Assembly (NCBI GenBank): GCA_964593805.1 | Contig: CAZQHP010000001.1 | Coordinates: 581,283-645,282 of the forward strand | Length of the DNA stretch: 64,000 nucleotides | Origin: an uncultured Candidatus Saccharibacteria bacterium | GTDB taxonomy: Bacteria; Patescibacteriota; Saccharimonadia; Saccharimonadales; JBBQAJ01 | Direction of reading: 5' to 3' | Shown: positions 45,863 through 55,674 of the stretch, one piece after another | How the letters are laid out: every line of letters begins with the position of its first letter | Position numbering within the stretch: the first letter of the stretch is position 1 | Position numbers and translations under genes: made by a program | Notes under the pieces: generated by a model | The model's database searches: none | Told to the model about the DNA's origin: nothing | What the model saw: only the letters and a program-made list of their open reading frames with translations

Positions 45863-46306
45863 TTAGTGGGGGCTGTCTAACAAACGGCGCCGAAATTCGA
45901 CTTCCTGTGCCCTCGTTTCATCCTCAAGCTCTGCTAGAATTTCACGAAGCAAAGTCGCACGGGGACAATCACCGCTATCTCGTACGGCCGCGCAGTCCAC
46001 CGCATTGGACCGGTCACACATATCTGCCACGCTCATTTCGGCCCAAACAGTCATTGAACCGACTAGACTTACTATACCCTCCATAAAATCAAACTGTTCT
46101 TCGTAGCGCCTACGCTGCTCAGGAGATACGTCTGACGGCATTTCTCCACGAAGACTCTGCAACCCACCAAATCTTTGAAGTATTCTGTCCGCTTGTTCAC
46201 TAACCCCTTCCACAGACTCCGCACCGGCATATGCAACTGCACTAGCCGCTTCAAACTGGCTCGGGTTTATACAGGCTCCACATCTCTCAAGGTTTATATC
46301 ACTCAT
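45863..46306 (-). CDS. Hypothetical Cys-containing acidic protein
   Basis: 147 aa; CGAC near the N-terminus. ATG is 6 nt after TGGTATAGT. No recognised family. Confidence 0.45.
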   Translation of the reverse strand: MSDINLERCGACINPSQFEAASAVAYAGAESVEGVSEQADRILQRFGGLQSLRGEMPSDVSPEQRRRYEEQFDFMEGIVSLVGSMTVWAEMSVADMCDRSNAVDCAAVRDSGDCPRATLLREILAELEDETRAQEVEFRRRLLDSPH

Positions 46307-46629
46307 AACTTAACTATACCATACTTATGCCTTTGATGCAATAAGTTGTGCTTTTCATCACAGGGCTTGCCAAGCATTAGTAGCTTGGGCGTATACTAAC
46401 TATGGTCATGTGGGTACTCCGCAAGGTTTCCACCCTCAGACTTTTATGAACAACTAGGCGAGTACACTTCGGTCACTGCAAGCCTTATACAACTTAAGCT
46501 TTCCTGTCATGAATAGCGGTGAACGGTCCGCAAACTCTACCAGGCAGCTCACTCGTTCTAACCCGTTCCGGCTGAACTATACGTTTCAGTTGACTCTTTT
46601 TTATAACCACAAAATCCAAGGAGTTGTAT

Positions 46630-46872
46630 ATGTCTCACAATCAAGAAGTTAACGTAGTTTCTTTCTACTTTCGTAATAGCCGAGTTTTTCCACGGCAAAT
46701 TGAGATGGAAGGCGAACGGCTGAGTTTTCTAGAAACCGGCTTGCGCTGTTTGGTGCAAAAAGGCCAGGAATTCATCCAGATTTTTAATATGTCCGACGGC
46801 CAAAAGCTCTACCGCCTGAGCTTTGAGCCAGGCAACCGCACCTGGAAGCTTCTCAGCTCGCGGAGTTTGTAA
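46630..46872 (+). CDS. Hypothetical small protein, first gene of the umuD-like/umuC cassette
   Basis: 80 aa; AAGGAG lies 6 nt upstream of ATG 46630; stop is 6 nt before the umuD-like start. Confidence 0.5.
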   Translation: MSHNQEVNVVSFYFRNSRVFPRQIEMEGERLSFLETGLRCLVQKGQEFIQIFNMSDGQKLYRLSFEPGNRTWKLLSSRSL

Positions 46873-46878
46873 TGGAAT

Positions 46879-47274
46879 ATGAGAAGTTGCCAGTCAGGCC
46901 AAGCAAAATCTCCTGGTGGAGAAGGGCGGTACTGCGTGTACTACTCTAACCCTGACGGCGTGAGTGTCCATGACGGCTTCCCAAACCCAGCTACTGACTC
47001 ATCGCTACAGTCAATCGACCTGAATAGTCTGCTGGTGCATCACACAGCCAGCACGTTTTTTATGCGGATTGCCGGCAACGAATGGGCCAGGCAGGGAATT
47101 TTTACCGGTGACTTGGCGATTGTAGATCGTGCCCTGGCACCCAAAGGCAATGATCCGGTGGTCTGGATACTAGAGGAGGCGTTTGTCATCTCCCCAAAGC
47201 ACAAAATACCCGAAGGTGCTGAAGTGTGGGGTGTAGTAAGTAGCGTCATCCACCAATACCGAGGCAACTCATGA
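46879..47274 (+). CDS. UmuD/LexA-like S24-fold protein lacking the catalytic Ser and cleavage site
   Basis: GFPNPATDSSLQSIDLNSLLVHHTASTFFMRIAGNEW...GDLAIVD...VWGVV aligns with E. coli UmuD [38 protein letters not shown]...GDLLIVD...VFGVV. Confidence 0.7.
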   Translation: MRSCQSGQAKSPGGEGRYCVYYSNPDGVSVHDGFPNPATDSSLQSIDLNSLLVHHTASTFFMRIAGNEWARQGIFTGDLAIVDRALAPKGNDPVVWILEEAFVISPKHKIPEGAEVWGVVSSVIHQYRGNS

Positions 47275-48557
47275 AAAATCTCGTCTTCGCACTGATTGAT
47301 TGCAATAACTTTTTTGTATCGTGTGAGCGAATTTTTCGCCCCGATTTGGAGGGCAAACCGGTGGTAGTACTCAGCAGCAACGACGGCTGCATGGTCGCCC
47401 GTAGTAACGAAGCCAAAGCGCTCGGCTTGCCAATGGCAGCACCAGCGTTCAAATACCGTCAGATTCTGCGGGACAACAACGTAGTGGAGTTTAGTGCCAA
47501 TTTTGACCTGTACGGAGACATCAGCCGGCGGATTACCGACGTATTGATGAGCGTCACGCCGCGCATAGAAGTGTATTCGGTGGACGAGTCGTTTTTGGAT
47601 TTATCAGAACTACACATACCCGACTACGCCGCGTGGGGCAGAATGGTGCGAGAAGCCATATGGCGCTGGGTGGGAGTACCTGTGTCTATAGGCATCGCCC
47701 CGACCAAAACTCTGGCCAAACTTGCCTCTGACCGAGCCAAAAAAGACCTGGAACTTGAAGGTGTGCTAAATTTGACAGGTGTCTCAAAACGCGAAAAAAA
47801 ATATCATTTGGAACAAGTGGATACGGCAAGTATATGGGGAATTGGCCGGCAACTGGCACCCAAAGTCCGGGCAGAAGGAATTATGAACGCTCACCATTTT
47901 GCCCAGCTCAGCCCTCGCTTCGCCCAGCAACTAATGGGCGTCCACGGGCGCCAACTGGTAGCAGAACTAAATGGCACTAGCTGCTACCCGCTGGATACAA
48001 TCGGCAAGCGGCGCAAAAGCATTGCCCGTACCCGCACCTTTGGCCATGATACCAATGACTTGGGTTCTATTGAAGCCGCCATTACCACCTTTGCCACCCA
48101 AGCGGCTTTTCGCCTGCGGGCAAGCGGGCAGGTAACGCGGCGGGCGGGCATTTTCCTGTCTGGCAACAAACACAAGCCGGGCTACCAGCGCTGGACTCGC
48201 GAGCTTGCGTACCAAGTGCCGACTGCAGACACGGGTCGCCTGATTACCACACTCCTGCATGAACTGAAGCATTTATACACTCCAGCGCAGAGTTACCACC
48301 GAGCCGGCGTGATGCTATGGGACTTTTTACCAGCAAACAATTTGCAGACCGATTTGTTGGGCGAAGTAGACGTAGCGCGCGAAACCAAAGCCGTCAGCCG
48401 CATGGAAACTATAGACAGCCTGAACGAGCGCTTCGGCAAACACGCCGTCCACTACGCTTCTCAAGACTTAGGCCAAGCCTGGTGCCCAGTCTACAACCTC
48501 CGCAGCCCCCGCTACACCACCCATCTGGAGGAGCTACCACCCCTAACGCCAATCTAA
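47271..48557 (+). CDS. umuC: Y-family translesion DNA polymerase, UmuC type
   Basis: FALIDCNNFFVSCERIFRPDLEGKPVVVLSSNDGCMVARSNEAKALG, YSVDESFLDL; ATGA overlap with the umuD-like gene. Confidence 0.9.
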   Translation: MKNLVFALIDCNNFFVSCERIFRPDLEGKPVVVLSSNDGCMVARSNEAKALGLPMAAPAFKYRQILRDNNVVEFSANFDLYGDISRRITDVLMSVTPRIEVYSVDESFLDLSELHIPDYAAWGRMVREAIWRWVGVPVSIGIAPTKTLAKLASDRAKKDLELEGVLNLTGVSKREKKYHLEQVDTASIWGIGRQLAPKVRAEGIMNAHHFAQLSPRFAQQLMGVHGRQLVAELNGTSCYPLDTIGKRRKSIARTRTFGHDTNDLGSIEAAITTFATQAAFRLRASGQVTRRAGIFLSGNKHKPGYQRWTRELAYQVPTADTGRLITTLLHELKHLYTPAQSYHRAGVMLWDFLPANNLQTDLLGEVDVARETKAVSRMETIDSLNERFGKHAVHYASQDLGQAWCPVYNLRSPRYTTHLEELPPLTPI

Positions 48558-48623
48558 ACCGCTCATGCTTGCTTAGGCTAGATGTGGCGTTTACTATACG
48601 TACAGCTAAGCGAGGTACGAGCA

Positions 48624-50366
48624 ATGGCAGGAGTTGAAGCCGCAGAACAACAAAACGCGTTAATTTCTGTATTCGACAAAACAGGTATTGAAGATTTTGC
48701 AGAAGGTTTGGTTGATTTGGATTGGCAAGTAATTGCTTCCGGGGGCACGTATAAAAAAATAACGGATGCGCATATACCGGCTGTTGATGTTGGTGATTTT
48801 GTAGGCGGCGGTGCTATTCTTGGACACAAAGTTGTCACACTTTCGCGAGAAGTTGCGGGCGGTTTGCTGGCAGAGCGGCGCAGTGCGGCAGAAATGGAAG
48901 AAATGCGCAAGCTTGGCATGCCGATTATTGGTCTTTTATGTCAGGATTCTTACCCATTGGAAGCTGAAATAGCCGATCCAAAAGCAACGCCTGCAAGCAT
49001 TTTAGCTCAATCTGACATTGGCGGCCCAACAATGCTGCGAGAAGCAGCTAAAGGCGGGCGCATTTTATTTGATCATAGCCTGGATTTGCGTGATGTTATA
49101 GAAGCAGCTCAGACGGGACGAATTGTGCTGTCCGTGCCAGAGCAAAGGGAGTTGGTACTGGAGTGGTTGCGAGCAGGGCGGCCACATGAAGCGGAATTTG
49201 TTAACAGGCTTGCGAACAGAGCAGTCTATGAAGCGGGCAGGTATGGTTTGATTGAAGCAAAGTATTGGCTGGGTAGCGAAATGGTTGGCTTTATTGCGCT
49301 GAAGCATTCCAACACGAAGTATGGTGAAAATCCTCAGCAAGAAGAAGCAGCGTTTTACGCAGATAACCGCGTGAACATAGACCCGCTCGGGTTGGACCAA
49401 TTTGAGCACGTACAAGGCATGGAAAAAGGCTACGTAGGCATGACAGACCTCGATCGTTTACTACAAACCACTACACACATTGCAGCTGGTTTTGAGCGCA
49501 ACTTTGGAAAAGTCCCGGCAATGGCTGCTGGAGTTAAGCACGGCAATGCGTGTGGCGCTGGTATAGCAGAAACACATGCAGAAGCGGCTAAAAAAATGCT
49601 GGAGGGTGACGACAGGGCTATATTTGGCGGAGTTGTTATGATAAATGGCGTAATTGATAAAGAAGTTGCCGAAGTGTTGATGTCTCATATGATGGAAGGT
49701 GACAACAAGCGAATACTCGACGGCGTAATTGGTGCCGGTGTGACTGATGAAGCTCTTGAAATGTTGAGTCGTAAAAAATTGCGGGTTGTTGTTAACCCGG
49801 CTCTTGGCAACTTAGGCGAAACCTCGCTTGATACCAACAGACGCATGCGCCCTGTACGCGGCGGCATGTTGGCGCAGCCAAACTACACCTTCGTGCAAGA
49901 CCTCTCGGCTGAGCACATGGAACAACATGGAGAAATCACTGAGCAACAAAAACGTGACATGATTCTTGGTTGGGCAGTTGGCTCTACCAGCAACAGCAAT
50001 ACCATTACACTAGTTAAAGATGGAATGGTCATTGGCAACGGTGTAGGACAACAGGACCGTGTCGGTGCCGGCCAGCTCGCAATTTTGCGCACTTCAACTA
50101 AACTACCGAGATTTAGAAGGCGTGGGGGCAAACTTTTCATGACTACCGAACTTGATGCCCAAAAACTTGATGGTGCGGTTGCATACAGCGACAGCTTCTT
50201 CCCATTCCCCGATGGCCCCATGATCCTTGCCAAAGCTGGAGTCAAGGCAATACTAACTTCTAGCGGCTCAGTTGGCGACAAACAAGTTATTGACACTTTG
50301 ACTAAGGCTGGCGTGGCTGTAATGATGGTGCCCGACAAAATTGGTCGTGGATTCTACGGTCACTAG
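48624..50366 (+). CDS. purH: Bifunctional AICAR transformylase / IMP cyclohydrolase
   Basis: MGS-like N-domain ALISVFDKTG...ASGGT...DIGGPTMLREAAK; AICARFT KYGENPQQ and VKHGNACG. ATG 48624 with GCGAGG SD. Confidence 0.9.
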   Translation: MAGVEAAEQQNALISVFDKTGIEDFAEGLVDLDWQVIASGGTYKKITDAHIPAVDVGDFVGGGAILGHKVVTLSREVAGGLLAERRSAAEMEEMRKLGMPIIGLLCQDSYPLEAEIADPKATPASILAQSDIGGPTMLREAAKGGRILFDHSLDLRDVIEAAQTGRIVLSVPEQRELVLEWLRAGRPHEAEFVNRLANRAVYEAGRYGLIEAKYWLGSEMVGFIALKHSNTKYGENPQQEEAAFYADNRVNIDPLGLDQFEHVQGMEKGYVGMTDLDRLLQTTTHIAAGFERNFGKVPAMAAGVKHGNACGAGIAETHAEAAKKMLEGDDRAIFGGVVMINGVIDKEVAEVLMSHMMEGDNKRILDGVIGAGVTDEALEMLSRKKLRVVVNPALGNLGETSLDTNRRMRPVRGGMLAQPNYTFVQDLSAEHMEQHGEITEQQKRDMILGWAVGSTSNSNTITLVKDGMVIGNGVGQQDRVGAGQLAILRTSTKLPRFRRRGGKLFMTTELDAQKLDGAVAYSDSFFPFPDGPMILAKAGVKAILTSSGSVGDKQVIDTLTKAGVAVMMVPDKIGRGFYGH

Positions 50367-51571
50367 GTATATTCGCCAAAAATGGCTCGAACGCGAATAG
50401 TCTGTTCTAGTGCTTTAATTGCATTCAAGGCTTCCTGGGGTACGAACAAAACATCGGTGGCAACATAGCCTACGCCGTTTTTAGTCTCTAGTCTTTGCCG
50501 CTCAATATTCAAACCAAAGTTCGCAAAAACGCCATCAACTGCTTGTGCCGCTCCTGGAGTATTACTATGGAACTGCAAAACTCTGTGTGTGCCACGAACC
50601 ACAGACCCCAATCCTATTTCACCAACATTCACCGCACCCATTGTTGAGCCCGTTGCAATATATCCCACTAGTCTTTTTGCTGTCTCGATACCAATATTGC
50701 GTTGTGCTTCAATGGAAGATCCTGCTACATGGGGTGTGAGCAAAGCATTTGGATATCGTTGCAGCACGTGGCTAAAACTCTCTCCCTTGCGCCTGGGCTC
50801 ATCGCGAAAAACATCACCAGCGAACCCAGCCAAATGTCCTGAAGCAAGTGCTTCTGCCACCGCCTCATCGTCAATTGCCTCGCCGCGGGACGTGTTAATC
50901 AAATAACTGCCCGGCTTCATTTGACTTATAGCTTCGGCAGTCATGACAGTCTGGCCCCCGGGTACATGGAGAGTTACGACGTCAGCTTGTTCTAAAAGTG
51001 CAGCCATGCTTTCGACTCGCTCGGCGCGGCTTTGTTTGGGAAATTTAGGTGCTGGATCATAGAAAATGACCGACATACCCAGAAGTTCTAACATGCTAGC
51101 AGCTTGGCTACCCGTAGCACCATAGCCGACCACGCCGACGGTTTTGCCCAGCAGCTCGTAGCTTTGCTCATCTGTTTTTGTCCAGGTGCCTTCGTGAAGA
51201 GAAGAGTTATGTTCATGAAGGCGTCTCAATAAACTAAAAGCACTGCCGACTACGTATTCGGCAACCGCACGGGTATTTTCAAAAGCCGAGTTAAAGACTG
51301 GTACTCCCAGATTTGCAGCCTCCTTGCTAGCAACATGCCCATGCCCAACACAGAAACAGCCAACGGCTTGCAGGGTTTTGCTGGTCTCAAACAGTTCTGC
51401 AGGCAACGCCGGCCCTGATCGTACGCCGACTATTTGCGCATCAGAAGCTAGGTCAATTAGCCCAGCAGGTGATATGTCTTTCGGAAAACGTACAACCTCT
51501 AAACCAGCCTCTTCAAAAACAGCATCGGCCGCTGGATTAATGTCGCTAAGTAGGGCTGCTATTTCTGCCAT
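50363..51571 (-). CDS. serA: D-3-phosphoglycerate dehydrogenase (E. coli SerA-like length, C-terminal ACT-like domain)
   Basis: GVVGYGATGSQ NAD site, INTSRGEAID, LLTPHVAGSS; 402 aa. Confidence 0.8.
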   Translation of the reverse strand: MAEIAALLSDINPAADAVFEEAGLEVVRFPKDISPAGLIDLASDAQIVGVRSGPALPAELFETSKTLQAVGCFCVGHGHVASKEAANLGVPVFNSAFENTRAVAEYVVGSAFSLLRRLHEHNSSLHEGTWTKTDEQSYELLGKTVGVVGYGATGSQAASMLELLGMSVIFYDPAPKFPKQSRAERVESMAALLEQADVVTLHVPGGQTVMTAEAISQMKPGSYLINTSRGEAIDDEAVAEALASGHLAGFAGDVFRDEPRRKGESFSHVLQRYPNALLTPHVAGSSIEAQRNIGIETAKRLVGYIATGSTMGAVNVGEIGLGSVVRGTHRVLQFHSNTPGAAQAVDGVFANFGLNIERQRLETKNGVGYVATDVLFVPQEALNAIKALEQTIRVRAIFGEYT

Positions 51572-51656
51572 GATTGCTTTATTGTAAACCAGCAGTTGAC
51601 TTTAGCCATAAGCGTCATACAAATTCGAGCGAGTCTGATGATGTATACTTTAAACA

Positions 51657-52787
51657 ATGACTACCTATGCAGACAGCGGTGTTGATGTAGATATAGAAGA
51701 GCAAGCCGCCAAGCTCATGTATGAAGCAGCGCGGCAGACCTGGGCTAGCCGCAAAGGCCGCTTAGGTGAAGTGATAGTGCCGTTTGATGATTTTTCTGGC
51801 ATCCGCGCCATGGACGTAGGCGGGCTGCCAGCAGGCACGATGCTAAACATTGGCTTTGACGGCGTGGGCACCAAAGCCGAACTAGCCATGCTGGCAGGCA
51901 AATACGACACGCTGGCCTACGACCTTGTAGCTATGGTGTGTGACGACGCTGTGGTACGTGGGGCAGAACCGGTACTGCTCGGTTCTATACTGGACACCAA
52001 TTCGCTTGGCAAAGATGAATCGCGACTGAAAATAATCGAAGAACTTGCCACCGGTTACGTAAAAGCTGCCAAAGAAGCCAATGTAGCAATTATCAATGGC
52101 GAGATAGCGCAGCTGGGCAGTATGGTTGGCGGCGGCAATGACTTTGGCTTTAACTGGGGCTCGGCGCTGGTATGGTTCGCCCACAAAGACAAAATGATTA
52201 CCGGACATAAGGTTGCGGTGGGCGATAGCATTGTGGGCTTGCGAGAGCCAGGCTTCCGCTCCAACGGCTTTTCACTGCTTCGCAAAGTCCTAAAAGACAA
52301 GTTTGGAGATAACTGGACAAAGGAAAAACTAGAGGGCGAGTCTTTACTGTCTCTAGCCTTGCAGCCATCCATCATCTACACCAAAGCGGTCTGTGATATG
52401 TTCGGCGGCTCCAATCCATCCGTGCCGGCCAAGGTACAGCTGCATGGCGTAGCACACATAACCGGCAGCGGCCTGCCAGGCAAACTCGGTCGAGCGCTCA
52501 AACCGTCAGGGCTGGGAGCCAACATAACTGATCCTTACGAACCATCGCCGTTGATGCTGTACGCTCAAGAGCTGGGCGAAGTGTCAGATACTGAAGCCTA
52601 TCGTACCTGGAACATGGGGCAGGGTATGGTGCTCATCACGCCCGAACCAGAAGCCGCCATCATCATTGCCCAAGAACATGGCCTGGAGGCCAAAGTGATT
52701 GGAACAGTCACCAAAGCACCGGAAATTACAATCTCAAACCAAGGCCTCAACAGAGCCAAGGAACAAAGCCTAATATTTGATCTTTAG
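51657..52787 (+). CDS. purM: Phosphoribosylformylglycinamidine cyclo-ligase (AIR synthetase)
   Basis: YADSGVDVD, GFDGVGTKAEL, DDAVVRGAEPV, AHITGSGLPGK. Confidence 0.95.
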   Translation: MTTYADSGVDVDIEEQAAKLMYEAARQTWASRKGRLGEVIVPFDDFSGIRAMDVGGLPAGTMLNIGFDGVGTKAELAMLAGKYDTLAYDLVAMVCDDAVVRGAEPVLLGSILDTNSLGKDESRLKIIEELATGYVKAAKEANVAIINGEIAQLGSMVGGGNDFGFNWGSALVWFAHKDKMITGHKVAVGDSIVGLREPGFRSNGFSLLRKVLKDKFGDNWTKEKLEGESLLSLALQPSIIYTKAVCDMFGGSNPSVPAKVQLHGVAHITGSGLPGKLGRALKPSGLGANITDPYEPSPLMLYAQELGEVSDTEAYRTWNMGQGMVLITPEPEAAIIIAQEHGLEAKVIGTVTKAPEITISNQGLNRAKEQSLIFDL

Positions 52788-52831
52788 ACCTATTGACACA
52801 CTATAACTTTATGTGTTATAATGTATTCCTT

Positions 52832-53284
52832 ATGGGAAGTTTTGAAGTTGCCGTTACTCCTATCGAAGCCGTTGGTATTGATGCAATTGATATGCAAAGA
52901 GTTTTTGACGTATCACGCACGTTGCCCTTAGCGAAACCATCGGATCGTCATACTCCATTTGAACGAGCGTTTTTGGCAGCTCGACTAGGCGAACTAGATC
53001 AACTGGCGGCAAGCACTGCAAATCCACTTCACGATGAGGAATTAACTTTAGATGGAGTACGTCTGCAATTGGCTCCAAGATTAATAACCAAAAGAAGTGG
53101 TGGTCGGCCATCTGATCCAAGCTGGGATGTAGCTATGCGGATACCGATGTCCGCAGAAACTGAAATTAGATTAGCTGATGTTGCGCGTCATGTTTCAACC
53201 AAAGAACGACGTGTTGCTCCTAGTCAACTAGCCGCATTCTTAGTAGAAAAAGGCCTAGACAATCTAGCTGATCAAGCAGTGTAG
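52832..53284 (+). CDS. Hypothetical protein with possible C-terminal ribbon-helix-helix
   Basis: 150 aa from ATG 52832 (9 nt after TGTTATAAT). VAMRIPMSAETEIRLADVARHV...SQLAAFLVEKGL has an RHH-like pattern. Confidence 0.45.
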   Translation: MGSFEVAVTPIEAVGIDAIDMQRVFDVSRTLPLAKPSDRHTPFERAFLAARLGELDQLAASTANPLHDEELTLDGVRLQLAPRLITKRSGGRPSDPSWDVAMRIPMSAETEIRLADVARHVSTKERRVAPSQLAAFLVEKGLDNLADQAV

Positions 53285-53288
53285 CCAG

Positions 53289-54680
53289 CTAACGCTTCCA
53301 CTTCTGGATAATTTGACTAGTTTTTTGGGCGGATAGGCCGGTGTAGTGGAGTTCTGGCTGTTCAATGATTTTCTTTTCATCGGCAGAAAACTTTTCCCAG
53401 TAACCAGACGCTTCAGGGTCTGAAGTAATTAGTTTAACTAGTGAAGTATTTTGCTCTAAAGCACTGTGGGCTAAGGCTTTGGCCTTCTCGTGCGCAGTCG
53501 TGTGGCCGTGCTTTTCCAGAAGTAAGTAAAGCGGCTCAGCTGCGATTGCGCCGCCACTGAGTTTCAGATTACGCTGCATCGCCTCGCTGTCTACTTCTAT
53601 CTTTGCCATAACTGAATCTAGCCGCTTGGCCATGGAGGCTACGCAGGCCAGGGAAATTGTATAGAAGCGAGTTGAGGCAGAGTCAGTCAAATCACGTTGA
53701 TGTTCGCTTGAAAGATTTTGGTTAGCATTCACGGCTTGAGCCAGAACTTGCTTGCTCATGCTTACTACGTTTTCGAAGTTCCATGGATTGCGCTTGTGAG
53801 CCATAGTGGAGGAGCCGGTCTGGGTGGGGTCAAACTGCTCGCGAATCTCGGCAATCTCACTGCGTTGCAGGTGGCGCATATCGTGGGCCAGGTTCGCCAT
53901 CACGCCGGCGGCAATTGCCAGTTCATCCATCAGCCGCACAACCGTTTCTGGGGGAGTAATTTGTGTTGAGTAGGCGGCTGGCTTAAGCCCAACCTTAGCT
54001 AGCACTGCCTTCTCAAATGCCAACGGATCTTTTACGAACAGACTAAGTGCGTTATAGGCTCCAACGGCTCCGGAGAACTTGCCAACCAACTCATCGCACA
54101 ACGCCTCAAGTGCTTCGGTTGTACTACCGAGACGCTCGACGTACTCGGCAATTGCAAATCCAAAGGTTATGGGTACGGCGTGTTGGCCATGGGTACGGCC
54201 AATTTGGGTAGTGTCTGCGTACTTTGCAGACAAATCAACCAGCGTTTTGAGTAGGGCTTGTAGCCTTGGGATAACGACCTTTTGCGCAGCGTCGCGAAGC
54301 TGCAACGCAGATGCAGTAGCCACGATGTCATACGATGTTGCTCCAAAATGTACGTATGGTTTGGCATCGTCATCTAGCTGTGATTTGATGGTGTTGACCA
54401 GAGCTTTGATGTCATGCTTGGTAGTCTGCTCTTCTTTGTACACATCGCTAGCCTCCACGTTTCGAGCAGCAGCCCCAATAGCGTCGGCTATCACCCGTGA
54501 GCAAATGCCCTCATCGGCAAGTGCCTGCGCCAGTGCCGCTTCGACGTAGGCTTGGTAGGCAATACGCGCACTTTCCGAGAGGTAGCGAGCGATGTCGCGG
54601 TCGTAATAGCGGCCGTCCAGCGGATCAATCGCGTAAAAGTTTTGTTCTTTTGGTGGCTCGGGCAGTGTGATGGGTTTCAT
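53289..54680 (-). CDS. purB: Adenylosuccinate lyase
   Basis: Fumarate-lyase signature GSSTMAHKRNPWNFEN; 463 aa. Confidence 0.95.
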   Translation of the reverse strand: MKPITLPEPPKEQNFYAIDPLDGRYYDRDIARYLSESARIAYQAYVEAALAQALADEGICSRVIADAIGAAARNVEASDVYKEEQTTKHDIKALVNTIKSQLDDDAKPYVHFGATSYDIVATASALQLRDAAQKVVIPRLQALLKTLVDLSAKYADTTQIGRTHGQHAVPITFGFAIAEYVERLGSTTEALEALCDELVGKFSGAVGAYNALSLFVKDPLAFEKAVLAKVGLKPAAYSTQITPPETVVRLMDELAIAAGVMANLAHDMRHLQRSEIAEIREQFDPTQTGSSTMAHKRNPWNFENVVSMSKQVLAQAVNANQNLSSEHQRDLTDSASTRFYTISLACVASMAKRLDSVMAKIEVDSEAMQRNLKLSGGAIAAEPLYLLLEKHGHTTAHEKAKALAHSALEQNTSLVKLITSDPEASGYWEKFSADEKKIIEQPELHYTGLSAQKTSQIIQKWKR

Positions 54681-55630
54681 TGATTTAACTCCTTAAGCGC
54701 GTGGTTTACGTTGGTTTCGATGCGCCCGAGTACATCATTATCATCGGCTGGCTTGAAAGTTTGCCCAGTCAAATGTTCATACACAAAGACGTAACGATTG
54801 GTTAGCTCATTTATGATCTCAGGCAGTGGTTGCGGTGCTTCGGTATCTTTGTACGGGTCAAAACGATCCCGAAACCACAGGCGCAAAAATTCTTTGTCGT
54901 AGTTTTCCGGCTCTTGGCCAGCGTCCAAACTAGCCTGATACGTTTCGGCCGACCAATAGCGTGACGAGTCTGGGGTGTGGATTTCGTCTATCAGCACCAC
55001 ATTACCGGCGTCGTCCTGCCCGAATTCATATTTGGTATCCACTAGAATCAGTCCCTGTTGAGCGGCGGTCTTTTGCCCAAACGTGAAAAGTTCCATGGAA
55101 ATCTTTTGCAACTGCTCCCAAATGTCCTGGCTCACAAGGCCTTCTTGGACAGCTTTAGCCGGAGTGACGTTACGGTCGTGTGCTTCAAACTTTGTTGTTG
55201 GCGTAAAGACGGGTTGGGGCAATTTGTGGTTTTTCTTTAGGCCCTCGGGCAGAGTAAAGTCGCCAAAATCGCGCTGGCCCTCGGTGTAATTGTGCCAGAG
55301 CGACGTGTTAGTGACTCCAGTTATGTAACCACGCACCACCATCTCAATTGGTATCACTTTGTACTTTTTGCCAATCACAACGTTTGGGTCTGGGCTGGAA
55401 ATGATATGGTTTTTCACAATTGGGCTGGTAGCATCAAACCACCAATTGCTTATGGCAGTGAGCAATTCGCCTTTGTGCGGCACGCTGGCCAGCACCCGGT
55501 CAAATGCGGAATAGCGGTCGGTCGTGACAAAAACCAGGGTTTCGCCCAGGTCATATAAATCGCGAACTTTGCCATGATAAACGGCCACCTGACCCGGAAA
55601 CTGGAAATCCGTTTTATCAATCGTCTGCAT
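54677..55630 (-). CDS. purC: SAICAR synthetase (long form)
   Basis: YHGKVRDLYD, ILVDTKYEFG, LIDEIHTPDSSRYW. Confidence 0.95.
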   Translation of the reverse strand: MQTIDKTDFQFPGQVAVYHGKVRDLYDLGETLVFVTTDRYSAFDRVLASVPHKGELLTAISNWWFDATSPIVKNHIISSPDPNVVIGKKYKVIPIEMVVRGYITGVTNTSLWHNYTEGQRDFGDFTLPEGLKKNHKLPQPVFTPTTKFEAHDRNVTPAKAVQEGLVSQDIWEQLQKISMELFTFGQKTAAQQGLILVDTKYEFGQDDAGNVVLIDEIHTPDSSRYWSAETYQASLDAGQEPENYDKEFLRLWFRDRFDPYKDTEAPQPLPEIINELTNRYVFVYEHLTGQTFKPADDNDVLGRIETNVNHALKELNQ

Positions 55631-55674
55631 CTTGGATTATATTTTAACACCTTATTACGATAAGATATACGGTA

